Positions 11,490 through 24,797 are shown, counted from the first letter of the stretch. The stretch is 64,000 nt of DNA from Takakia lepidozioides (GCA_030704615.1 CM060733.1:75702001-75766000); one strand, 5' to 3'. Numbers and translations: made by a program. Notes: generated by a model from the sequence alone, not told the origin.

Positions 11490-14400
11490 ATCTTTCTTAC
11501 CAACCGGGACAATTGGACTGGCCCAAGGAGAAACTGAAGGCTTTAATCACGCCAGCATCAAGCATTTTCTGGACTTCTTCTTGGATTACAGCACGTTCCT
11601 TGACACTCTCTCGGTAAGCAAATTGTTTAATAGGAGCCCCTTCAGTGACAATGTCATGTTGAAGAATAGGAGTGCGCCCTAAATCAGTGGATCCCAAACT
11701 GAAAACATCTAGATTCTTGGCAATAAGCATTTTCACTTTCATTCTCTACCCTGAGGAGAGAGTTGTGCCCAACTTGATTTCAGATAAAACCTTGGTGAGG
11801 GCCGTCTTACCTTCTGGGCTGAGATCAGGGACAGGTGGTGGTGCAACTGCAACAAAAGCATCAACAAGGGGCCCATGTTGGATGCCTATGGCCTCAAGTC
11901 CAAAGCCAGCTTGGACCTCTTGTATTTCAGCAATGGGCAGAGCAGTGATGCGAGCCAGAACCTGTCCCTTTTTAATAGTCACAGGGAAGGGCTCAGGATT
12001 AGCAATCAAGATCTTGACTTCTTGCCTATATCCTCTATCTGAACATAAGTGGCCACCAGGCAATGCTTAAGGGCAGTCAATCTACTCCATCCTTCAGCTT
12101 CTAGGAAATGAGCAGCTGGACACAAGAAGGCCCGACCAGACTTGACCACCTTCTGGGTCAAGGCAGGGATGGTGATGTTGAGAGGTCCGCACGTTTGAGT
12201 AGAATTCTTTGGAATAGCTATGGGCACCCCGTTGGAGTGAGAGTTCTGCTGTACCTCCTTTACCAGGGCCTGAACTCTGGACAAATTGGCTGTAGCAGAC
12301 CCAGCCTTGATCTTTACTGCTTTCAAGGGAACCACTACTTCATGCCCTTCTCCATTGTTAAAGCGAAGGGAGTAGTCTGCTAAGCTGATGGTGGCACCAG
12401 CTCCAGTCATCCAGTCAAGGCCTAGAAGGAATTGATCTCCAATGGTGACTATACAGGTCACCACAACCTCATTTTTATGAATTCTGATGGGAACAGTGAC
12501 TAGTCCTAGGGGCTCATACCTGGATCCATCTGCAATAAGCACCTCAATACTTGTGGCAGGGCATAGTTTAAGACCAAGAACTTTCACAATACTTAAAGGT
12601 ATAGGAAATATAGTGCATCCAGTATCAACCACACAGGGAAAGCTGAGCTCGTGGATATGGCACTGGGCCATGAGGGGACTGATCTGCTGGCGAGCAGTCT
12701 GTCAACTGAGAGGACAATGCGAAGCTTTAAAGTTAGTAGATAAAACAGCTTGAATCGGAATAGAAGAAGTAGGGTTGGTAGATGATGGACCTCTTGCCCC
12801 CTTCCCAAGAGATCTCTCTAGTTTAAAGGAGGGGAAGAGCCATTAGTGTCTTCTTGTTCTTGATCAGCTCTGGTAGCCCTGCTCTGTCTGGACAATGCTT
12901 CGTTCAGTGTTCAAAGGACCCACAAATGTAACAGGCAGCACGATTACCCTCATAGGCTTGTCCAGTCTGGGTTCGACCTCTATTGTTACCACCTGTTGTT
13001 CCTTGGCCATGTCGAGGCTGCCACCTCTGTTGATGAGCCTGCATGGCAGCAAACTAAGTGGACACAGACTCACTAAGACTTCCCACAGTATTAGCCAATC
13101 CCTGAAGAGTAAAATCATCAGCTTTGTATGTCATAGCAGGAGGAACATAGGATGAGGATGTTGCAGACATGCCAAGCTCTAAGCCCATGGGAGCTTGAAA
13201 CTTGGCATGATAAGATTAATTTCTGCTAACATAGTCTTGTCATTGACAAAATAATGTCGCTGAGCCCAATTCTGAATAGTGGAAGGCAACCCAAGGAGAA
13301 AATACCTTTTAACCATACGATCCCTCTCTGCCGGGTCTATTATATTTTCAACAGCAGCAAATCTAAGATCCATGTAATATTTCCACAAGGATTCCCCAGG
13401 TTGGTGTCTTGGCCGAAAGCTTGGTAAAGCAATCCAGAGGCCTCTCAGGAGGTTTGAACAAGGTCTTTGCCCATTCCACCAGAGTTGCCCAGTTGAGGCT
13501 AGGATCATCCATGACAGCTGCATGCAGTAAGTCACGAGCTGGTCCCTTCATGCTCATCCTAAAGATCGCCATCTTGAAATTCTCAGGCACTCCATTGACA
13601 CTAGCAATGACTTCAAACATCTGAAGATATCTATCAAAGTCTTCTCCCATGGTGTATTCTGGGTAAGGTTGAGTGGTCAGCTGGGGGATCAGCTGACAAG
13701 GCAGGCTATGGTTGATGTGACCAGGGAGGACAGACCCATGAATAGGGCAACAGGGAATTATGGGAGCAGCACTACCATGCACATATCCAACATTAGATGC
13801 AGAATTATAACTCATACTATTATTGTTGGCTGATCCTGTAGTAGCTGAAGCTGACAGACGTGACACCACCATGCCTATGGGGAGAGCAGGTGTGCCACAC
13901 TTGGCTGAGCAGTAGGGTTAGTCGACTGCAAGTGGGTTTGTGGCATTCCACTCATGGGAAGAGTGGATGCCACTCCCACCGGTTGTGTTGACACAGATCT
14001 TATACTGCTAGGAGGGATATTGCTAGCATGCATACCCATGGACAGGCTAGAGACAAGGTGTGGTGGCACCCCAGCCTGTGGAGCAGGGAGAGCCTCCACT
14101 GATTGGCCTGCGATGGCAGGAGTCGGAGCAGCAGACACACTAGAGGGCCCTTGCATCATGACACTCCCACCTTGAACAACACCATGCACGTTCAACACAG
14201 GAAGACTACCCACATGCATACCTGAATTTACAAGCAACAAATTCCCTCCCCCGAGAGTGGGACTAGGGAAACTCACAACAGACAACACACTAGGACTCAA
14301 GTTAGCAACTTGGGCTGGCATACTGCTTGTAGTAGCCCAAACATCCAAACCAGACCCTTCGACCCCCTGAACATGAATATGATGGGAGGGTAGACCGCTT

Positions 14401-15955
14401 AATTCCCGAGCCAGCGTAGGCTCGGTCCGTCTAGCCACCAAGGCCTCATCACGCCGGTCATAAATAGAAAGGCCCTCGAGGGTGGCTATCCCAGACCCCT
14501 CATCAGCCAATGTAATACCAGTTGGGGACTCTACAACTGCTCCCATCGTCCCAACATTAAAAAATCCATCATCATTCACCATGAAATTACCTGCCTGCAG
14601 GTTGTCTGGTCCCTCATTCACTTCTACTACATTTTCGGCCAGCGGCTCTCCTGAATTATTCATGGACCTCTGTCTTCCGGATCTCAACCAAGTAGTTCTA
14701 GAATCACCTAGCATACAAAAAACGAGGTTGGATTGGAGGCATAATCTTTAAGCAGCAGGGATATGGAACGTGGGCCGAGCACTTGACGAGCTGTCTTCTG
14801 GAACCCAAGTGGAACAATACACCACCCTCAGCACCTTGTGTGACTGTAACTCGTAGATCCCCAACGCCAGCCACTCCCAACCGTTAGCTCCTTTGAGCCA
14901 AAAACCAACGCGGGTGGTGCCACCCTCTCTCCAGGTGCGTGAAAGCACAGTCGAGTTTGAACAGTCACTCAATCTCTGAAATGCACTCGGGCGAACCACT
15001 TGCTGTGAAGCAAAGGTAGTACCCACACCCAAGACCACTAGATCACACGACTGCACTATCGAGGTCCCACCCTTCAGACCATCAATTAACTGTGAATAAG
15101 TAGGTGCCAAGGCGCAGGGCCGGAGCTGAAACCGTAGTGCCCTCAAGACCAAAGCCCCCGTGCCTTGTAACATTAGCGACAACCAACTTCGCCCTACCAC
15201 ACTAGGGCCATGATGAAGCTCCGCACTTCGATCACCAGAAAGAGGTAAATACAAGCCAACTTCCAACCAGGTCAATTCACAATGGTGCAGAAAATGCGAC
15301 TTGATCATCCTGGACGGCAGAAGCTCTTCGTTGCGTAGCTCAAATTCGCGTTTGGCAAGCTGTCTGGCTCTGGATACCACCGCACCAGGCTCAAGTAAAG
15401 GTCGTGTGAACATGGCCTCGTGATGACTGGTTAATGCAGCAAGATCACCTACAATAGCTCTCTCTACACGCTCAAACCAAAGCTGATCTTCGTCACATAT
15501 CTCACACAAAGATCATCCACTTCCTGTGACAACTCAATATGTCTCTCTAATTCTGCTGCTTGCTGCCTACTTTCGAAATATTCAGGGCCTGGATCCACAA
15601 AGTTGTCAAAATGTTAGTATTCCGGGTCACAGCTATCTAGAGAGTTGTCAGACTTCTCAAACCTTGGTGACCACGCCTCTGCCTCCCCCAGATCGTTATA
15701 ATCACTACCACCAGGAGAACCCAATGAAACAACAAGGGCTTGAACGCAAGCAACAGGCTCAGGAAGTGGCGACGCTGGCAATGCAACACTGCCAGGCCGC
15801 GCGCCGTTGGTAGTGTTAGCAACAACAAGAACGTCAGTAGGGTGAGAAACAACGGGAGGAGCAACAATAACAACACCAGCAGAATGAGAAGCGGCAGCAG
15901 GGTCAGCCTCTACACTAGGATTAGCTTCAATAGCAAATGCCACGCTAATGTCCAA
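11490..15955 (-). mobile_element. Ty3/Gypsy retrotransposon fragment (upstream ORF, gag, CCHC, protease, dUTPase-like, RT start)
   Basis: Gag YPEYTMGEDFDRYLQMFE; zinc knuckle CYICGSFEH*TKHCP (~12885-12935); protease VVDTGCTI; RT start QHDIVTEGAPIKQ..PWASPIVPVGKKDG, cut at 11490. Confidence 0.85.
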
Positions 15956-15960
15956 ACCCG

Positions 15961-16360
15961 AGAGGCCCCGGCCCTAGTGCTTGGTACCGTTGGAAAGCAC
16001 TCGACGAGGAGGGGTGCACGGGCTTGGTCTCATAATTTTTGGACCTACGGTGTGGGAGATGTGGAATTCCAAGTACTTTTGGTCACTGGAAATTCACGAA
16101 AAAGAGCAAAATCGGCATTCCTGGGACAATGGTTGGAGCCTCGATAGGAGAGATCTCAAGAAAAAGGTCTCCGGTTCAAATGTGGTCGTAGGCTCTATGG
16201 AAAAAAACGATGAGATATGGCTAAAACAAATTTCAAGTACTTTTGGTCGCTGCACAATAATTGGAGCCTCGACAGGAAGATATCAAGGGAAAGGTCTCCG
16301 GTTCAAATCTGGTTGTAGGCTCTGTAGAAAAAAAAATGATTAGATATGGCTTGCTTCATG
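15961..16360 (+). repeat. Dispersed repeat homologous to 57383-58229 (Helitron-like family)
   Basis: Shares cttggt.ccgttggaaagc.ctcgac.aggaggggtgca and the aaggtctccggttcaaat subrepeats with 57460-58170. Confidence 0.7.
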
Positions 16361-17202
16361 TATATTTCACTCGTTTCGTGGGACCTTGATAGGGAGGCTG
16401 GGCTCTGAAGAATAACAATTTTGAGCTAGCTGATCCGGCAGAAAAGTCGGAATTGCCTCCCTGTTGCATTTTAACAAAGGGGATTACTTCCCTGCAGGTA
16501 ATCTTTTCGGGTTTTCAGCCCAATTCTTAACTATGGGGGAGACCAGCCTGCAGGTAATTCCTTTGGACAGATTGTGGTTGGGGCCAATATGTACCTCTAT
16601 TTGCTCCATTTTTTAACCTTCAGTAAATGGCATGGTTTCTTGAGGTGGTTCCATTATGAGGAATGGCTGGTGGACGTAAGGAGGCACTGGCGGACCCTGT
16701 GGAGGCTTGCATGGGGCCTTGGAGGCCAAGTTTCATGAGCTCGTGGATGGCGGTTTGAGGAGTGTCTACAGTATGCTCTCATGGTCATGCAAGTGAGAGA
16801 AGAGAGGAAAAAAGAGGGTGTTGGGATGAGAGTGTGCTGGGGATAGGCATTGCTTTAATTTCCCTTCCTCATAGCTTTCCACCTTCTTTGTAGGCCGAGA
16901 CATTTCCGTAGGTGAAGGCAAGAGTTAGTCCAGGTTTGGGCTGGGGTGTCCTTGCAGGAGTGACACTCTGGAGTTATTTTTGGTGTGGGGGAGTTGTTGT
17001 TTTCATTCTTGTGTTTGGATCCCCTCCACACCTGCATGCTTGATTGTGCGCCATGCTAGTTTTGTGTGGGCGCTTGATTTTATAGGTTGTTGACTCGGGC
17101 TTGATCGCCAATCCAACCCTCGAGCATGCTGTCGATGGTGAGGCTGGGTTGATGACCAGTCAGACCATCTTTATTTCTCCTGTGGTGGGGTTGGAAGTGA
17201 TG

Positions 17203-17581
17203 ACCTGCATGCTTTTGAATCAATAGGGAGGGATATGAACTGAGGGATGTGAACTTATTTGTCTGCACAATAGTTTCTCAACACGAAACTCTTCTCTGAC
17301 AATGTTTTTGTTCAAAAACCTGCATTGCTTTTGAACCAATATGGAGCGATACGGACTGAGGTTGAATTGCTTCGCCATAACAAAAGAGTTTCTCAACACG
17401 AAACTCTTTTCTGACAGTGTTTTTGTTCAAAAACCTGCATTGCTTTTGAACCAATATGGAGGGATGCGGACTGAGGTTGAATTGCTTCGCCATAACAAAA
17501 GAGTTTCTCAACACGAGACTCTTCTCTGACAATGTTTTTGTTCAAAAACCTGCATGCTTTAGACCAATATGGAGGGATACG
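17203..17581. repeat. Array of the ~117-bp repeat, about 3 units
   Basis: Same unit and orientation as 5761-5891. Confidence 0.9.
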
Positions 17582-19828
17582 AACAGTTGCGACGACCGCT
17601 ACTGGTGGTCGCACAATTATTATTTTAAAAATAGGTGCGACCACTAGGAGGTTGGTCCCCTTGCACCTGTATGTATGTTTGGAGAGGCAGATGAAAAGCA
17701 CATGTATCGACTCCCCATGGATTTGTGAAGGGGAAGATGAATGTTGGGAGCTGCACCTGGCCTTTGTGGCTTTCGAAACCATAATAGGAAATCAACAATG
17801 TAAAGGTAATGACGAAACACAAACACACGCACAACCACCAAACCCTTTCTTGGGTACACATATTCCACCATTTTTATTTCTGTACACGTATGCATGTACT
17901 CAAACTGAAACATGGATATCCATGGAAATATACTACACATCATGTGACAGAAGTTATAGCTGTACCTAGTTCCGTCTGGCACGACGACGATGGCATGATC
18001 TCACGCCTAGTACAAAATCTTCGTCCCTACTCACTTCACCCCCGTTCCCATGATCAGTGCTAGAATCATGATCTCCATCTGTTCTTTCATTTCCAGAGGC
18101 AACTGGCCGTTGGACCTGTAGTCATCCTCGGAGTACGTTCAGTTGTCTCTCTGGTCAATTTCCACTCCTATCATGAATACCATCTAGGGTATCAGACATG
18201 TTCACAGGTCGGTCATCAACAAAAGGTTGCACAATTCTCTGCCGTTTCTGGGCTTGTCCCGGATTTTGTGGTGGCCTTGGAGCAGGTATTGTATGAAGAA
18301 GGCTACTCGCATGTACATCAGAGGGGCCGACATGAGAGGAAGGGGCATGAGATGGACCAGTGAGGGTCGAGGGAGCACGGTTCACATGCGGACGTCGTCA
18401 GGCCAGATGAAACGACAATGGCCGGTCGTCGTCATCCGATGGTTCGACTTGCAGAAGTCCCGCAACAGAAGAAGCATCTCCCAGGATCGGAGTAGCGATG
18501 GAAGGAATTACATGAGGGGGAGAGAGACTAGATGGACCAGCATGGGATGGACCGGCTTGAGAAAGAGAAACATGAGACGGAGCGGCGTGAGATGAAGCAC
18601 GGTTCACAGGGGCACGATGTCAGTGAATGAATGACAACGGCCGGTTGTCATCATCCGACGATTTGACCTGCACATCTCCCGCAGTCCGTGGAACTCGTGG
18701 TGGGGGAGAGTTGACCTCAACTTCATTGTTGAGAGTGTGCTCCACTGGGGGAAGGGGGTCCGCAATTGGGATGACACCATGTCACAGTTCATCAACAACA
18801 AGGTCATCGAAGGATGGATGCATTGCAGCATCATCGTCGTTAAATTCATATAGGTCATGTGGAGGATTGCCCACATCATCAGACCCATCCCAACCGTTGG
18901 AGTCGGAGTCCCTCGCGCGTCGATGTCATCATTGCTGCTAGATTGGACCTCTGAGGCAGATTCTTCAGACAACAGATTCTTCTCGTACCATGCAGATGCA
19001 TCACTTGCTATCTTCTCTCGTAGTAGCCTATAATTCGTGCAAACGAGATAACAGAGTGCGGGTGCTGCAGGTAGACGCCCTACGAGGGGTCAAGATATCT
19101 TTTCTGAGCATTTGCCATACCAAAGACGGGATGGTGACATGATGTCAAACAAACGAATGAGTAGCATAACAGTCCGGTCTAGGTGTTATGATGTTTTCCT
19201 GCTTCCGCTGCGGCTCATGTAGCATCGAAACTAGGCTAACGGGTTGTCTGATCAAGAGGGAACATATAGATTTACCCCGGGTGGTGAAACAAGGCCCCCA
19301 TTTCTACTTTACACCTTCTTCTTCAACCTATTGATTCGGTGTCTAGTGTTTTTTTAAGAAGATCTTCTCAGATCTATCAACATAAAGTTGTGCATGTAAG
19401 AATGAGTGTACTCCCAAGACGTTGTTTGCCATTGTTTGCCGTGGCCATTGACCCTGCTCCTAGATTGTTTGGTCAACAAAGGTACATGCAGAATTCCCTT
19501 GGTAGATTTGACGAGAGGGTCTGTCTGCTTAGAAAACCCCGGACAGTTTAGATTTTCAGAGAGAGGGAGGGAGACAGCTGCAATACAGCTTGGTTTTGTC
19601 ATGGGTTTTCAATTAGGATAGTGGGTACAAATAGGCTACCCCCACTGAGTTTAAATTCAGTCTATTTTGCCCTCTCATCAGACTCGACCCTGAATGCATG
19701 AGGGATGGTATTTTGGACCAGGCAGTGTACATTTTTTAATATGAAAATGGATGTGGGTCATTGCAAGGTTGCCAAAGCATGACGTTCCATGCATTCACAA
19801 CATCGGATGCCAAACATTTTAAGGCACT

Positions 19829-20852
19829 TTGGGCCAAGGTCTGTATGCGTTCACAGAATGCCGGCCTTCCAGTACTTTTGCCCGACCACTTCTTTTTTTG
19901 CCTAAGTTCCAACTCTATGGGGTGGAGGGGCTTGTGTTAGGCTACTCAAAGCGTGCAAATGAAGGGGGACCTGAGGCTGTGGCTCCTGCTGCTGGTCCAC
20001 CTACGACATGGGTGCAACAAGGCCCGAATGGGCCATGTGGGTACAGTCCACAGGCGGGCACACGTGGCTGCAGCAAGGACCGCCTACCTGGCAGCAGCCC
20101 ATGGCCCCACCACCCACAACCAATTCATGGTCATGGATTCCAGGTGGGTCTAATGGAGGAGGTAATGGAGCATGGGTACAAGGAGCTGCCCAAACTTGGG
20201 CACCTCCTTGTGGCAGGCCCCCCTTTTAATGGTGGTCCTCCTCCATTTACACCCCCTCAGTGGTGATGATCACGATTCCACACAGCAAGGGGATGTGCAT
20301 TCTGAGGCTGAAGACAAAAAATGTGTAAAGATGCAGGCCTCAAAGGCACAAGAAACTAATGCCAAATCCCGAAAGGCCGCTGGGCTGAAGCGGCACAAGG
20401 TACAAATAAACTCTAACGGGGAAGTAGACCAGGGGTGTGAGGGAAATGATTACTGGCAGAGCTCCTTACAGGGACTGTGCATCAGATATCTTGATACTAA
20501 CATTTTGCTAGCAGACAAGCAAGAAAGTCCCAGTGACATGGCCAAGGTTAAGGACGCCATGGACGAGGATTTTGAGTACTATCCTGAACCTATGAGCGTA
20601 TCCAAGTTCCATGCAGCATGTGGGAGGATTGTAAAAGTGTACCGCCAAAAAATGAAGTTGGGGTGGAAGGCTGGAGGTTCACGCCCTCCGAGTGTAGAGT
20701 CCATCCATTGGGATGCATTGGTGAAGTATTGGCAGTCCCCCAAGGGGCAGAAAGATAGTGAGAACATGAAGAGAGCACGATCCAGTGTTACCAACCCATC
20801 GAGGGTTGGAAGAGCAGGGATGGCTGGACAGGCAAGGCGCTTGGTAATATGA
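19829..20852 (+). pseudogene. Transposase_24-like (TnpA-like) gene with Gly/Pro/Trp-rich N-terminus
   Basis: HWDALVKYWQSPKGQKDSENMKRARSSVTNPSRVGRAGMAGQARRL. The upstream part is split across frames. Confidence 0.6.
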
Positions 20853-21052
20853 ATACCTGCACCACATCTACTAGTATATGTATATGTCTATACATTTTTA
20901 CATGGTCTATGTGCCGTGGAGGTGCTATGCGCCATGGCTGGGGCCACCAGTGAGTGTCCCTGTTGTAGCGTTGTTTCCCTGCCGGTGTCTTTGTACTGAA
21001 CCTCGTGTGTGCGGAGAGCTTTGGTGGGCCAGTATAGATGGAGCCCGCATTA

Positions 21053-21806
21053 GGGCCGGTTTACATGAGGGCCTGGCCCAAGACCAAGCTAGAAACAAGA
21101 AATCCTATTGGCCAAGAGCCTCAAATCGGGCCCAAGCGGTTTACACGAGGGTCCGGGCCCAAGACCAAGAAAATGACATGGCTGCCTAGATGGCATGATT
21201 TATGGCGCCGAATTCTTGGGCCCAGCCCAACAAAAGGAACGCTCCTGGGATGGAGACCCAACTCTTTCCCCTGGGCCCAAGAAACCTAGCATTAAAATAT
21301 ATTTGTTTAAGCCTATCACAGCCGTAGGATGGAAACATGTCACATATGGGGTTGTGTGCGGGTAGAGACTAGAGACGGCCACCACGCGATGCAGGTGCTG
21401 CCATGTAGAATCATCAGACCTCTCTATCTCTTGGACCTTCTCTTTCCATGATGAAGTCATCAACAATCTAGCATATTGCAATCGTTTATACTAAGTTGTT
21501 GCAATGCCAAAATGGTCGTAATCATGTGCTTAAGGCCATGAAGAGGACCAAGGCCATAGGAATATTATTACTTCTTGCTTCCATGGTTCAGGGATTCAAG
21601 ATTTGATGGGAGACATCGCGAAGCAAAGAAGAGAGAGAGTGGAGGGGGCGGGAGAGTGGCTGATATAGTGTAGGTTGGGCCTTAGGCTTGGGCCCAATTC
21701 CTTAAAAATTATATTTTAATCAGTTCAATCAGCCCAATTGTGGGCCCAAAAGCTCTAGTCTTGGGCCCATGATTTCTTGGACCCGGGCCCTCGTGTAAAC
21801 CGGCCC
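21053..21806. mobile_element. PIF/Harbinger Tourist-like MITE, 754 bp
   Basis: ~30-bp TIRs GGGCCGGTTTACA[T/C]GAGGGCC..CCAAGA; flanks TTA (left) and TAA (right). Confidence 0.75.
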
Positions 21807-22559
21807 TAAGAGTAGTAGAGTAGAGTAGTAGAGCCAGTGGTTGGGGGCGCCCGAGAGAGTGTCTCCGCGCTCCGATCTTGAAGCAGAGTGGCAGGTGTTG
21901 AGGAAGGACGTGTTGTACCTTGGTGTGAAATTTTTCACGGAATCCTGTAAAATGATACTTAATAGCAGCGTCGTGAACAAGCCATAGATGGTATACCAAT
22001 GTCTAGCCTGTGAGTGATGTCTGTGCTACGCAGCAGTGTGAGGGAAGATGAGCTTGGGCATGGCGGCAAGCATAGCTAAAAACAGAGAGGGCTAAAATGA
22101 CGGGAAGGCTAAAAGAGAATACATGAAGAGACAGGAGAGCGGGAAAATCTGGCGGAACCCTAGAAGATAGTCATGGCTAAAATCCTGGCTAACGATCGTG
22201 GAGGGAACGAGGAGGGGGGCGGAGTGCCGCTCCGCCCACGACGTGGTGCCTCATGAATGATGCATATTTACAAAGTTAACAAAGATGGCCTCCACCACAT
22301 GTTGTCCTTAGAGCAATTGCCCAATTGCAAAATCTTTTTTTAGAGTCCATAAGTTTCATTCTGTTAAATGGACAGTCCACAGTTTTCAATTTCAAAAGTC
22401 CATAGCTTGGACACACTTTGTCCGTTTTGCATTCTGAAAATTGGCGCATGTAGCTAATATAGTTGGCAATACTAAAGCATTTATATTGGTTACAATAATT
22501 TAAAAATAAATAAATAAATGAATGGTTTCATGGACCGCAGTCAATGCAGAATTGACAGT

Positions 22560-23910
22560 TGGAAGTCTATTTTGGTCCAGTCTACCCTGCATTCACCCTA
22601 GTGTGGTTGTTCCACAACCTGCAGTGGCTGCACCTGATAGTTCCACTCACGCTTTGGGCAAATGACCATTTTGCCTCAGCACCTGCTGGTGTTAAGTCAG
22701 CAAAACATCCTTTCAGGGCAATATCCTTTCCATCTCACAATATACTGGGCCCATATCGCATGAAGATTGTTCAAACTCATTTCTTTGAGATGGTCATGGC
22801 CTCCTCCATTAAGCAGCATCCTGCCCTTGTGGAGCTTCTTGGGTTAAATTTCAAAAACATAAGATCTCATTTGTTGTGTATAATGATGTGTTTTGCTTTC
22901 TTCTCTTTCTGTCTTGTTGTATTCAGACAATGTTTTGAATTGTGCTCAAATGTTTTCATGTGCAGCTACCAGGATCTTGGCTGAGTGTCACTGACGGGCA
23001 GCGGACACCTTCCTCTGTGGATATGATCATCATCGACTATATTCCTACTGGAATGTCCGTTGAGGGTTGCTTGGATGGGGTGCCACCTTGGAATACTTTT
23101 GACAAACGGTATGGGGAGTTTTTTTTTTCCATTGCGAATGACTTGTTGGATGACAACGGTTGCTTAGTGTTCTTGCAGGCACTGATAATACTTCCGTTAT
23201 GGAGCTTTATTCCTTTTCAAAAGGCAGCATAGTCTCTATCTTGTCAAGGAAGTACACATGTATTAACACCATCCCTCTGAGCCATACAAACACTGGAAAG
23301 GTAATCTTAATCGACCACCTTGCTTGCTTTCTTTGTACTCACAATCTTCTCTATCTTCTACTTCTAAACTTCTCAACATCCTGGAATGTGCATTAATATT
23401 CTTTGGTGTGAATACATGTGTGGCAGCAACATGGATGTTTTATCTTCCATGAGTTTGACAAACTGGTGGATCCCCTTGTGGATTATGTTCAATTGGATGC
23501 ACTCTTCAATAAATTCCGGATGGTTGTTTGCCTATGCAATCTGCTCGGCAAGCTTGGAGGGGTGCATGGGATCATAGTCCTGTATTTATGCAAGTTCTGT
23601 TGGAGACATGTTCGCCTCCAGGTTCACGGATTCTGGATCTCACAATTGGGACAGGTAAATTCATTTTTTGCTTCTAATATTTGGAGGCATGTCAATTAAT
23701 TTGCATTGTTATAAATGGTTTGGATTTACATGTCTATGTTATGGTGCAGGTTCAACTTTCATTGTTGTACGTGTGTCAGGTCGTCATGTCTTTGGTCTTG
23801 AAGGGGACAAAGCGCTCTATGCAGCAAGTTTGTCTGCACTTCAACAAAATATTCTCCATGCTTTAGTTTCTTCTGCACTTGTCAAGTTCCCACCATTCAG
23901 CCTCCTCTGA
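22560..23910 (+). pseudogene. Beta-class N4C/N6A DNA methyltransferase-like gene, copy 2
   Basis: Exon 22966-23300 PSSVDMIIIDYIPTG..PPWNTFDKRY..NDLLDDNGCLVF; then AWRGAWDHSPVFMQVLLETCSPPGSRILDLTIGT; intron 23655-23749; then GSTFIVVRVSGRHVFGLEGD. Motif IV-like region precedes motif I. Frameshifted. Confidence 0.78.
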
Positions 23911-24737
23911 CTTTGTTGGAGCCCCCTGCTCCAAAGCAAGCACACAAACTTGCACTTAATCTCAACAATCTTTCGTAGTGAGTGTACGTCTCTCTCTTTG
24001 GCTTTATTGTCATGCTTAAGCTTTGCATTGAGTCTACTGCATGTTCTTGCTTTGTGTATTGCATTATTCATTTGTTTTTTTTTGTATGCAGTCATTGGCT
24101 CGTGCGGTCTATCTTCCACGATCTACCTGCTAGCCTACCTTCATCTTTCTCTCTCCCAATAAGAGGCCAAGCATTCTATTGAGCAAGAGACTGCAAATGT
24201 AGGTTTTCATGGTTTTGGGTTCCGTGGGTGTCGAGCTAGTGCTTCTAATCGCTTGGAGATGTTTTGTCGAGGTGTGTCTACTGGAGATATTGAGGATGAT
24301 GTACTCTCTACTGGGGATGATTCTTAGAAAAACAACTTTGGTTTGTTTTTTCTCGTGTATTGGGTTGCAAGCACTCCATGTTAAATGAAGAGAATGTGAA
24401 ATGATTCATTCTTCTCATTCATAATCCAAGTTTTGGGGATTCATTTTTTGTTCATCTGACATTATGTGTAACAAATGGTTGCAATTGGATTTCAAAAATA
24501 TTCCATGCAGATAAAACATGAAGTTGGAGCATGCAAGCCAAAATAGGAAATAATATCACATGGTGTGTAATTCGTAGTAATTGTCTGCAATCATCTTAAG
24601 GTGCACGGTTGTAGTTAGACATCTTATGTCACTCAAAAAACATCCGCGGGAATAGGGGGTTCTTCTATTGTAAGCTATACGGTTATAGGTCTTCTAATAA
24701 TCAATATGTGATCTGCAGGAATATGGGGTTTTTCCAT

Positions 24738-24797
24738 CCGTGAGCCTACGCTGACAAATGCAAGGTCACACATCTAGGCTCACGGAATAGCATTCCT
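24738..24797 (-). mobile_element. Terminus of a second methyltransferase-carrying element
   Basis: rc AGGAATGCTATTCCGTGAGCCTAG versus GGGGATGCTAGAGTGTGAGCCTAG at 4033 (18/24 identical); lies downstream of methyltransferase copy 2. Confidence 0.6.

Noticed and set aside
22560-23910. Bacterial contamination as the source of the methyltransferase-like sequence
   Set aside because: The copies have GT-AG introns at conserved positions and are embedded among plant transposons and genes.
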